A stretch of DNA of 64,000 nt from Macrostomum lignano (Eukaryota): NCBI GenBank assembly GCA_002269645.1, contig NIVC01002466.1, positions 62,001 to 126,000 of the forward strand. The letters run 5' to 3'. The notes beneath the pieces were generated by a model. The model searched no databases, was not told where the DNA came from, and saw only the letters and a program-made list of their open reading frames with translations. Of the stretch, positions 44,149-56,447 are shown one piece after another. Numbering within the stretch: the first letter of the stretch is position 1; each line of letters opens with the position of its first letter. The position numbers and the translations under genes were made by a program.

Positions 44149-46924
44149 CCAAGACAGGACAAGAAAGCCAGCAGCTTCATCGTCCGTCAGGCCGGGTCAA
44201 ATCCATGGCAAGCAGATTTGAGGGGGTCATCTGATTTGATCTCCTAAAGCAACTCTACTGAATCAGAGGTGAAGGAGTGAACAAAATCGTATGTGAACTT
44301 GAAAGACCCCGTTTGCTAGCCAGATTTTTGTTCTATGGTGCAATGTCTGAATAACTCACTGGCTAGACAGTAACACATCCGGCTAGCAACACATCCGGCT
44401 AGCAACACATCCGGCTAGCAACACATCCGGCTAGCAACACATCTGACTAGCAGTACATCCGGCTAGCAACACATCTGACTAGAAACACATCCGGCTAGTA
44501 ACACATCCGGCTAGCAACACATCCGGCTAGCAACACATCTGGCTAGCAACACATCTGACTAGCAGTACATCCGGCTAGCAACACATCTGACTAGCAGTAC
44601 ATCCGGCTAGCAACACATCTGACTAGCAACACATCTGACTAGCAGTACATCCGGCTAGCAACACATCTGGCTAGCAACACATCTGGCTAGTAACACATCC
44701 GGCTAGCAACACATCCGGCTAGCAACACATCCGGCTAGCAACACATCTGACTAGAAACACATCCGGCTAGCAACACATCCGGCTAGCAGCACAACCAAGA
44801 GCAAATGTCATAGACCCATTTATCTGCACAGTTAAATCAAAATGATTTATCACTTTTTTTACTCGATTGCTGTCGCAAAAAAAGTTGAATTTAACTGATA
44901 TTTTTTTATCTTTCAATGAGTCAACCTGGTATGTTACTCGATCGAATGAAATACACTCCAAATGCTGTCTATCGCTGCCTTCTTTTGCTTGTTTTGTGGG
45001 CGCCATATTCCGAAAAAGTAAGAAAAAAATGTCAGGACGCATCGCTGTTTCTGTGCTCTGAATTTCGGTGCTTCAATTGTCGTGCACACTATCTCACCCC
45101 TCATCTCAATGTAGCTCCTGTTGTGTTTGACTTGAGCTCCGATTATTTGCTAGTAGAAAGCTGCGATTTGAGCTGCTCGCGATTTGCTATATATTTATGC
45201 TAGCGTACTGCACTTTAACAAGTTAAATATCCGTTGAAACCGCGCACGAGAGAAACAACCAAATACTGTACGATGAGCGATGAGTCTGTGGATGACGCAA
45301 TTTAGACCGAGAGTAAACGACAATGGGTGACGCATAGCGTACTTTAAACTAACCCCCAAGCACAGGTATGCGTCCGCCATAACAGCTCCCTTCATCTCAC
45401 TTACTTCCCTCCCCTCATCTCACTTACTTCCCTCCCTTCATCTCACTTACTTCTCTCCCTTCATCTCACTTACTTCCCTCCCCTCATCTCACTTGCTTCC
45501 TCCCTTTATCTCACTCTTACTTCCCTCCCTTCATCTCACTTACTTCCCTCTCTTCATCTCACTCTTACTTCCCTCCCTTCATCTCACTCTTACTTCCCTC
45601 CCTTCATTTCACTTACTTCCCTCCCTTCATCTCACTCTTACTTCCCTCTCTTCATCTCACTCTTACTTCCCTCCCTTCATCTCACTCTTACTTCCCTCCC
45701 TTCATTTCACTTACTTCCCTCCCTTCATCTCACTCTTACCTTCCTCCCTTCATCTCACTCTTACTTCCCTCCGCAAATTTGCACCTCCCTACCCCCTGCT
45801 CCTTCGCTCAACCCACTAAGAGGTCTCGCCTCATCTGCTGCGCCTGCAGTCTTTAAGCTCCCTCTATCCCTCCCTCTTACTATTCTTTTTCTGCATTCAA
45901 ATTTTCTATTTTCTACTATTGGCAATAAATATATTCAATACCTTTGCTCCTCTTTTCCATTAGGCACATGCGCCTCATCTTTTGTTGATAAAAAAACGAA
46001 ATAATAATGATGTGTCGCCATCCTGGCGCAACGCCTTCGGTGAAATCGTCTCACAAGCAGCAGTAAAGCAGTTCTGCTCATTTCGCTGCTGACGAAAAAT
46101 GCCACGACGAATGTTTTTGTCACAAGCTCGAAATGAAAATGTGGCGGCTCCCGGAATCGAACCAAAATTCGTGACTGTAAGGTCTAGGTTTGCGTGCTGA
46201 AAAAAAGGTGATTCAATATATACTCTTATATCTGTCAGTCATATTGGGGTCATGCTGTCCGAGGCCCTGTCTGACCGCCAGAGGGCAGACCTTTAGAGTA
46301 CCGAGACATGGATTCCAACAGGGTTGCACTCAAGTAGAAAGAAAATGCCGCTTACACTACGCATTCGAGATTGGGGACGAGCGAGGCATTTACATAACAC
46401 TTCATTGCCGGCCCGTCCAAGCGACCTGTTGCGCCGTCGGCGACTCCAGCTGGATGGCCACATCATCCATTTGTTCTGGCCAGAGTTTATTTAGGAGGTG
46501 CGGCTGCTTTCGCCGGTGAAGGTAGCCTATAAAGGCGCGAACAGGTGGGCCATGGATTCTACCTGAGGCCCCATATCGAGCGCCAAGTGACGCTGTTTTG
46601 AGGGACCTTCTGGGACAACGCGTATTGTTATTTTGCGTTGACAGACAATTGCTGCAATAAGAATTAATGGACTGCATGTAGAATAAGAAAGTGTTTAGCT
46701 CAGGCTGAATCGGAGACACGCTCAAGGGTCAATCAAGGATCAAGGGTCAATATATTATCCTTGATGTAATTCTTGTCTGCATCAAGACACTCGATATTCA
46801 AAAACTGTGAACCATTTCAAAAATGTCTCTTCATACGAGCGTGTGTATAGTGTGTTCTTCAGGTTTAGTGTGTCCACACAAGTTGCTTGGAGCAGTAATA
46901 TTTTCCCATTTCCGTATCCCAAAA

Positions 46925-48630
46925 CTAAACCAACTCCATAATCTGCTCAACAGTGAGCATTTCTTTGAAGATGCCGAGTACTTTGATTCGGCCGTACAAA
47001 AACTTTGTTGGCGCATTATGCCAGTTGAAGCCAAGGTAGAGGCAGCCGATTCGCTCGGGATCCGTGCCGTACGTGCTGGCGGAGGTGTAGAAGGTGGTGT
47101 CCAGCTTCACACCGTTCACCACAAAGTAGCCGGATGTCGGGCCGATGGCCATGGCAAAGTGGATTGCAGAGCCGCTGGGATAGGTGTAAGTCGATCCAGC
47201 AGCGACGGACGTTGCAACCTGCCAATCGCCAGTCAGGGAGTTCAGGAACCAGCCTTCGTTGCCAACGGACTGTTCGTTGATGGCACCGTTGTGGTTGTTG
47301 TTGTTGGAGCAGCTGGCGAACATTGCGAGCTCGGTTCGATACTTTACAGTGCCCCGAACGAAAGTGACAAAGAAGGTGAATTGCGTCCCAGCCCTGAAAG
47401 GTGTCGGTGGGATGCTTTTAGATGAGAAAAGGAGGGTCAGTGAAAAAGTTAAATTTAAATTCAAAATACAAAAAGAAAAAACGAACCTGACAAGCGAGTC
47501 GAAGCCAATGTGCGACAGGTTGAGCCTCACGAACTGCGATATGCTCAACGGAATCTGGACGCCGTCGGGTCCGATGTCGATCGGTGTGTTGTTGACGGCC
47601 GGCATGACGGTCGGGTTGGCGAGGTTCAGCATGCTCGAGTTGAAGGTGTAGAAGGCGAGCATTGATGAGGCCCAGGTGCGCGCTTTGTGCCACATGCTGC
47701 AGCCTTGGACGCCGTGGAGGCGGCTGTTCAGGTAGAGGCTGAGCGATCCCTCAAAGCAGCCGGACGCGTTGAAGACGAAGAACTCGCAGGTCGGACGCGA
47801 CGCGCAGGCGTGGGCGCAAACGTCCAGGTGATGCGGCTGCGACCAAGCGAGGTGGAGCACAGGCGGGACATTGGCGGCCGCAGTGTGGGTGCACCAGGTC
47901 TCGCTGGAGAAGTGGCTTCGCCAACGGACCGACACGGCGAGAGGCGAGAAGTCGTCGGCTGGGTAGTCGGCGGCAGCGATGTGGGCGAAGTAGGCGGAGG
48001 CATTGAACGACACGCAGCGGACGGCGGGTCCGGCGGCTTTGGGGGCAGCGGCTGCGGCGTCGAGAATCGGCGCAAACAGGGAGCCGTCCGCCGCCAGCCG
48101 CGTGCACCATCGGAAGCAGAGGAGCTCGGCCAGGTTTTCAGCCACACTCGTAGAATTAAGGACCAGAAACGGCGCTTCGAGTGTTTTGTTGTCTTCGCAA
48201 TTCTCTAAAAGCAAATTTTTTTATTCGAAACGCGGTTCTTTGGGTTCCTGCTTAGCACTAAATTTGTGTTTTGAATAAATAAAAATATGTTACCCAGAGC
48301 AGTGTCCATCTTGGCGATCAGTTTGCAACTTCCGGGCGTCAGCTGAGCCGACCGGTTTCGCAGAAGCCGCCACTTATTGTTGGAAAGCGACTCGTTGCCG
48401 TGGCAGGCGATGCAGCCGCTGGTCCTGGCGCAGTGCGCTGCGCATTCGATTTTACTCGCCGCTTCCGAGGCTTCAGCAAGCGACTCCTCAGTGCTGCAGA
48501 GCCCGTTAGTCACCGAGAAGTGAGCTGTGGCCGCCTGATCCACAGTTGCCGAGGCTGCACTGAGCGCCAGGAGAGTCAGAAGAAACGGCTGCACCAAGAG
48601 GTGCTGTCTGTCACAGTGAAATGTTTTCAT
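46925..48630 (-). CDS. Secreted PAN + LamG-like protein, copy B. Model complement(join(46925..47414,47487..48204,48294..48630))
   Basis: Constant +14756 offset from copy A. ORF and splice sites intact, with few amino-acid changes. Confidence 0.8.
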
Positions 48631-50445
48631 AGATATTGGAAATGTTTTGCTTGAGACTTCGAATTTATTGCAAATGGAGAGCGCCACTGGAAGCTGGGAA
48701 CTTTTTCTGCTGTCGATTCGCCTCAACTTTTCGCGGATGCGTCGGATAAATACTCGTCCAGACAACAGCAATCAACTTGAGTGCCGATGAGGGCATTTGT
48801 CCGTAATTACCGTGTCTACTGATTTGGTGGAAGTCTGGCTTGATTGTTCCTTGCGGCTGAGCAATTCAGTTTTTCATTCAATTTATGATTGAATCAATTT
48901 TTATTTCTGTTTTGGTTTTGCTATATTCTAGCTTTTACTTGACAACCAACGTTAATAGTTGATGGCGACTGAACAGTCCATGAGCACTGTGTTTATAATT
49001 TAATTTTTTTGCCATCTTGCCCTAGGTTCTGAAAACTTCCGTTCACTTTAAGTCATGTTCCTGGACAAAATGGCTTAGCTGAGAGATCTTCGCTCGCTGA
49101 CGAGTTTTTCAATTGTCTCAAGTGACGCTCATTCGACTGAGCCTGGGCACGCACATGGATCTCACGCATTCGACAGTGCAATAGCGCGTTAACCTTAGCG
49201 CGTTAAGGCTCCTGCCACAATTGCACTAAACAGAAATGAAAAATTTGAACTACCGCTTGAACTTTGAACTACTGTTTTGCTACCGCAGCACGTTTATTTT
49301 CTGAGCAAAAACTCGCGCATTTCCCGGTGAACCCGTCAGACTCCGGTCTGGCGGTGGTTAGCTGCAGAAAACTGCAGATGGAATTTGTCCCGTCATGCAC
49401 TGTCGTTCTACTTCCCTGATCAGTAGTGTGAATCGCATCCAACCTGCAAGTTTCTATCCTATCTCCCTTTTAGCTTGTCTCCCTTCCCTTCTCCTTACCC
49501 TCCCCATTGACAGTCACCACGGTGTCCTGCAGCATGCGACTTCGATTTCATAGTGGTTAACGCAAGCAAGAGTGACAGCCTCAACCCCAAGTATGTTGCT
49601 ATATTTGACCTGCTACAGTGGATTCTACGAGCTATGCAGTTGCACAGAATCTTGCATATCCGATTCAAATGTTAAGAATCTCAAGTGAGCATCGTAGCTT
49701 GCGGCTATCATAGCCTGCTGAACTTTAGAAACTCGAGTGTACCTCCGCACGATCAGTACACACAATCCAGCCGTTTCTGGACAGCACAAGAAAAAGATGC
49801 GCGCTAAGCTTTGTGAGGGCCTCTTTTGCCGGTCGCCGGCATGGGTTATAGGGCTCCAGCCTGTCAACACCACCAATAAATCTGTTGTACGACACGATCC
49901 TGTCTAAATTGTGTAGCTCGTGAGAGCAGAGAATTTAGAGGAAAAAATCGCAAAATATATTTTGGCATGCACGACAACTGCGGAGCGATGATATAGCCAG
50001 CGATGGAAAAGTTAAAATGACTCACCCATCTGGAGTGGCGGCATGCACAGACTACAGCGAGATGAAAGTAATAAGAGAGCAGCCCCCACCCCCGACGGCA
50101 CAAACCACGCGCAACCAAAACAAAAGGAAAACAACAAAAAAGTGTTCATGCAACGTGCAAAAGTCCTAACCAAACAGCGGACAGAAAGTTCGTCATCAGG
50201 TGGCCGTGTAAAAATCCGGCGGCCGTGCTACAGAAGGACGGGAAACCAAGTTTCCTGGAAAAGAGGATGTGAACTTAAGAGTCAAAATGGAGCCCGAAAA
50301 TGGAGCCCCGGTCCCGATTTCTCTACGCCAAGCTTAATTGACGAGAATGCCAAGATAAACGCTCTTTTTACAAGCGTATAAGTTTGTAGGAAGATTCTCT
50401 TTCACCTTCATCATCAACAGCAGCTGAACTCCGATACTCATGCTG

Positions 50446-53400
50446 AGGTTTGGTCCAGCGGTCGTCAAAGAATCGGCGATGGTGGCTAGCCTGGCCAAGC
50501 CAGCGGACTGCAAGGACCGTCACCTGCCCAAGCAGCTGCAGCTCAAGAGCATCCTGGCAGGCTTCAGCGACCGCTTGCAAGTCATCGGATGCGTCAAGGG
50601 AGTCAGCGTTACCATCAAGCTGAGGCCAGATGCCAACCAAGTCTGCCATCGGCCTCCTGCGACTGCGCCGTCTCTGCATGGGCTACACGTCCGCCTCGGA
50701 GATCCTCCAGCATTTGATGACCTCCGTCCTGAGCGGTCTCCCGGGCGTGCATGACGACGTCCTGGTGTACGCAAAGGACATCAAGGAGCACATCCAGCGT
50801 CTTCGAGACTGCCTTGCTCGACTGAAGGAGAGCAACATCACACTGAACATCAAGAAGTGTCGGTTCGCCCAGGGGGAGGTCGACTTCCTTGCCATGCGAC
50901 TCACGGCCGCCGGCATCCACCCAAGCAAGGAGAAGGTGGAGGCCTTCCGCAGCTTCAAGCGGCCGACCAACGCGACCGAGGTCCGCTCCTTCCTGGGTCT
51001 CGTCACCTTCGTGGCCAGCTTCATCAGCAACCTGTCCGATAGGGCCTGGCCGTTACGGGAGCTGACGAAGCGAGCCGCCGAGTGGACCTGAGGCGAGCAG
51101 CAGGAAGCGGCCTTCAACGACATCCAGCAGCCAGGCGCTGGTATTCGTCAACAGCGAACTGCAGATCCAGCTGATCGTGGACGCCAGCCCAACCGGCGTC
51201 GGCGCCATCCTTGCCCAGGTACAGCCGGACGGATCGACACGGCCGGTGGCCTACGCCAGCTGCAGTCTGAGCCCGACGGAGCAGCGCTACTCCCAGACGG
51301 AGCGCGAGGCCCTGGCAGTGAAGTACGGTGGCCTGAAATTCCGGGATCTCGGCCACCGCCACGGATCGAGCGAATGACATTGCGACTGCAAGACCTCGTG
51401 TTCCAGGTGGTGTACCAGCCCGTCCTACGTTTCGAGCCAGCGACAACGCCGCACCAAAAGAACGACTCGCTTCGCCTATCAGAAAGCCAACTGGGATCTT
51501 TTCCGCCAGGTCATCGAATCCGAGCTAAAACACTGGACAAAGCGCCCACCCCGGACCGCCTCAGGGGCGGCTGCCAAGCTCGCTAACACCACACTCGCTA
51601 ACACAAGGGTTGCCCCCTGGCTTCCCACCCTCGTTTAACAACAACACCACACTCCGCGCGGCGAACAAGGCAATCCCCAAAGGCGCCCGGCGCGCCCCGA
51701 TCGGCTGGTGGTGCCCCGAAGTCGAATCTGCCTGCAACGCCCGACGCGAAACACTGGAGAAGCTCAGGGCGGACCTAAACAACGAGACGCTTGCTACGGA
51801 TTTCCAGACTGCGGCGGCCGCTGCCACCGAGGCCATCCGCAAAGCCAAAGAATCCCTGTGGCAAGAGTTCGTCAGCGACTACCAGGCAGAACTGAAGTCG
51901 GCGGACCTCTGGGGAATCATCCGCACCCTCGACGGCATATCACCAGCCTGCGGGCCGTCCGTTGCGATCAAAACCCCAACTGGATGCGTAGCCACCACAG
52001 ACCGCCAAAAGGCTGACCTCTTCTGTAAAGAGTACGCAACAGTCAGCCACCTGCTGCCCAAGGACAAGCAGCGCGACAAAGCTATCGCCATTGAAGCCAG
52101 AGCAGCCCTGGCGGCCCCCTGTAAGCTGCCTTGGTGAACCTTACCGCTGACTATCGCCCGATATGCCTTCTTTCCTGCGTTGCTAAGGTCGCTGAAAGGA
52201 TGATCAACGAACGCCTCACCCAAGTGGAATGAGGATCAGCTGAATCAGCTGGAGTGAGGATCAATCCAGCCCAGGCCGGCTTTCGCAGGTACCGCTCCAC
52301 TGAGGAGCAAATCACTGCCGTCACGCACTACATCATCGATGGCTAAGAAGCCAGCAAAGCGCTCAGCTCTCCTCGGAGATTCTTCGAGAGCCTACAAAAT
52401 GCCCAAACCGTCAAACTGCACCGCAAGAGGGTCCCCACCTGCATGAACCGATGGCTCAGAAGGTTCCTCTCGGACAGACGCGCCCGCGTCACCTGGAACG
52501 GAACCAGTAGCTGGATCCTCACCTTCTCCGATGGCCTCCCGCAAGGATCGGTCCTCGCCCCGACCCTATGGATCGTCTACATGGACGACCTCCTGGATGG
52601 CGCGCCTGAGGACGTCCTGACTATAGCTTACGCCGACGACAGCAATCTTTGGAGCTCAGGGCGCAACTGTCCGGGAGTGCGAGCAAACCCAACAACGCGC
52701 GACCAATTGGCTCCTGTTGTGGTCCCAAAACTGGAAAGTGGACCTCAGCAGGACCAAGTCGGTCGTTGCGTACTTCTCTCTCGACCTGCGTGAGACAAAC
52801 GGAAAGGTGCAGCCACGCATCATGCTCGGCGTCTCCCAGGCCCCTTCGAACTGCACCCAAAACTGCTCGGCGTTTACCTGGATCCACAGCTTACTTTCCG
52901 CCACCAAGCCTCACTCCAACGCAGGAACCTGCAAAAACGCACCAGCGTCCAGCGGCTCGGCTCCCCCAAGCAGACGCTCCACTGGACCTCCGCAGCACCC
53001 GCTCAGCCATTGCTGTGCTAGTAGCCTCGGACCTCCACCAGGCCTACGCCAATGACCAGCACTGCGCGACGCATCGCTCTGCCACTCACGGAAGGCCACC
53101 GAAACGCCTACCGCCGGGCTCCGGGCGCAAAGCCCATGTGACCCTGGCCCAGCTCCGCCTCCGCAAATATCGCGACCGCATCGGCCTGGAACCATCCGCG
53201 ACCTGCCCAGCATGCGGCAAAGCTGAGGAGGACCTCGAACACCTCATGATCCAGTGCCCGGTACACGCAGACATCCGGGCGAAGGTCCTCGGACCAAACG
53301 CGTCGCTGACGGTCATCGCAGACGACGGCCCCGCGTGCTCGAGTATCTCCAGAGGATAGGGGCGCAGACGTGCCCCCCCCCCCGGACTAGCTCTGGCCAA

Positions 53401-54884
53401 GAAACCATCACCACCACCACGTTTTGAGCCGCCAGCCACTGCCGATGCCGCCTAACAACGTTGGTTAGCAAGAAGACGTAATCTACGTGGCCACGGCAGT
53501 CCAAGCAGCAACGCCGGTGTCCATCAGCCTGGCGACCATCAAAGCGGCCTCCAACCAAGATGCCACAGTCCAAGCCGCGCCTCACGGCATCCGCAGTGTC
53601 AGGTTCGGGACAGGAGCAACCTGAACCCGAAGCGTGAAGGCTGCACACCGTCCCCCATGAGTTGTCTAAGCTCGACGGCCTGCTGCTACGTCTGGGCCAG
53701 ATCTTCATGCCTACAGCACTGCGCTACCGGCGCCTGCAGCTGGCGCACCAAGGTCACCAGGGCATTAGAGAGACAAGGTGTGCAAGCCAAGATGTGGTGG
53801 CCCAGCATGCGAGCATCAGTACAGGCGCACGAGGTGGCCTGCCTGAGCTGCCAGATCTGCACCCGCGAGACCACGCCAAAGGCGACGCCGCTCAAGCCGA
53901 CCAAACTACCTGCGGCGCCCTGGCTGGAGCTTGGCATGGACATCATCGGGCCCGTCAACGGCAAGTCGCTGCTCGTCTGCACGGATCACTTCTCGCGCAT
54001 CCCACTGGTCGAGGTCATGTCGAGCACCACCGCCGCGGCAGTCATCCGCATGCTGCGGAATTGGTTCAGCATCTTCGGGCAGCCCATGAAAGTGACGACC
54101 GGCAACGGCCCGTCCTTCGCGTCGGCTGAGTTTAGCAGCTTCTTGGTGGACCAAGGCTCCAGGCACCACCGGATCACTCCGCTGTACCCACAGGCCAACG
54201 GCGCTACGGAAAGGTGCAACCAGAGACTCAACAAGGCCATCCGTACGGCCGTGGCCGAAGGCAGGGACTGGACGGCAGCAATCGACGAGTACCTGGCTGC
54301 GTACAGACGCACTCCGCACAGCGCTACTGGGATCGCGCCCGCCAGCGTTCTGTTCGGGCGGCAGATCCCCGACACGATCCCCAACCTCCAGCACTCGCAG
54401 CCGGTGGACGCAACGAGAGCAGCCATCAAGGACAAGGACCAGCTGTCCAAGGAGAAGATGAAGCGCTACGCCGACCAAAGGGCCAAGGCAGCAGACCACT
54501 ACATTCGGCCAGGAGACCGCGTCCTGCGATGGCTGCAGTCCAGACAAAAGGCCGGCGCCTTCTACGACTCAACGCCGTGGGTCGTGTCCAAAGTGCTCGA
54601 AGACTCGCTGATCACGCAGCGCGACGACACCACCTGCTGCTGGCACGCCACGCAGGTCAAGCGGCTGCCAGAAGCGCCAGACCAGCCAGCCGGGCCGGCG
54701 CCGCAGCCGCCTGGCATGCCAGGAAGCTTGGACAAACCGGAGCCACCGATCGCGGCTCGGCCGCACCTGCGGCAGGCCAAAGGCGGAGACAAGATCTACA
54801 AAGAAGTTGATTCGATCAGCTTCGATTCCCAATTCCCAATCATTGGTTCGATTCCCAATCATTTTTATTCCACTCGGGGAGAAT
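50446..54884 (+). mobile_element. Internally deleted Ty3/Gypsy pol, copy B, with nested LINE
   Basis: Same RT/RH/integrase motifs as copy A. The integrase frame (53657-54919 ORF) is less disrupted. Confidence 0.9.
51423..53380 (+). mobile_element. Nested LINE, copy B (RNase H segment deleted)
   Basis: Matches 36427-38748 but lacks the ~37938-38305 equivalent. Confidence 0.9.
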
Positions 54885-56447
54885 TGTCATGCCGCAGCCC
54901 TGTACTCACTTGTTGTTAAACGGGGTGCCTAGCGGTGCGAGGTGCTCACTCACTGTACTCTTTTACTGAAATCTGCACCCCCAACTTACCTCTCCCCTTT
55001 TTATGCCTTTTATACCAACGTGGCCGCACCTGATTGGCTGAGGCCTGAAGGCTCAAATATATAGGGCCAAGCGTTTTTGCGCCGCAAAATCAATACTGAC
55101 TCCAGAGTCATGATATTTAGAAGGCAGGTTTCACCGAAAAATACATTGCGGAGATCGGAAGTTTTCATTTTCCAGTAGAAAAATTGTTTTTGTTCTTAAT
55201 ATAGAATACAGAGTCAATGTCCTTTTTTTCTATTTTTGCCTTTCTGAAATCAATCACGTATGGGCATATGGAGACAAGCCAGTTTTAGTATATAGGATAT
55301 ATGTTACGAATAGTTTTGCGTTCATGTCCCATTCCTAGCAATCATTAAAAATGGCAACAATTCCACTCCATTGGTTTTATGAATCTATTCATATTTCATC
55401 ATTCTGTTACACATTTTGTTACACAGTCATTAAGTTTTGAATGATTGTGACATGATTCATGAAATTAATGAGCCGAGCTGTGCCATTCTTTGGATTTTCA
55501 TGCACAAGACATGCACGATTCTACGTAAGATATAAAAATAAACTCAGCATCAAAAGATGAACACTGGGTCTGCCTTCTATCAAAAGTAATAACAATTTTT
55601 GTGCTGAAAGAATGAAAACCTCCTATCTCCGTAACGCATTTTTCGGCAAAACTTGAAACTTTCCAAGAAACGTAGTTTTCCATTCTTCTACTTGAGTAGT
55701 CTTTGGCTCAGGTATACACATTCGATAGTGCGATAGTCGGGAATGGGGGCGAGCGTGCAGGAGCTCGACCTGCTTCTCAAAGCTCCAAGGTGGCTCTATC
55801 CCAAGGCCTCAGTCACATCTTCATCTTCTCATGCTTGGCGATTCAAGGGTAGAATTGGTCCGGCATCCAATCTGGATTCAATATGCTCTGCTTCTTAACC
55901 CTTCTCCATCCCAGTCATCGGTGTCCTGCAGCATGCGACTTCGGTTTCATAGTGTCTGAGGCAAGCAAAGGCGACAGCCTCAACCCCCAAGTATGTTACT
56001 ATGTGTGCCATTTTATGCCACACAGCAAAATCCTACTCAATTTTTAAGAATCTCCTGTGAAGTTTGAGTTTGCAGGAAATTTTACAGTTTAAATTTTTAT
56101 TATTTTACTCTCCTTAATTGTTTAATCCCATCTGAGCTCAACAAGCAGCGAATGTATGCGTTTAGCAGTGCAGAACTCATGCAGCTCAAACTGGAAAATG
56201 ATGGAAATGCTTTGTTTAAGAGAGCCCAACCGTGCGCAAGCAGCAAGCAGTTTAGGGACGAATGCAGCTGAATTCTTTCATAAAAATTGCCATCCGTCTG
56301 TACGGCTGCTCCAGCCAATTCTACATTGAATGCGAAGAAAAACGAAAAATCCCGGACAATGGGTGCTGCAGATATGATATATGCGGAGAAATCTTTCATT
56401 TCCCAACAATTCTGCCTCCCAAACAGCTTCACTGGTGCAGCATCAGG

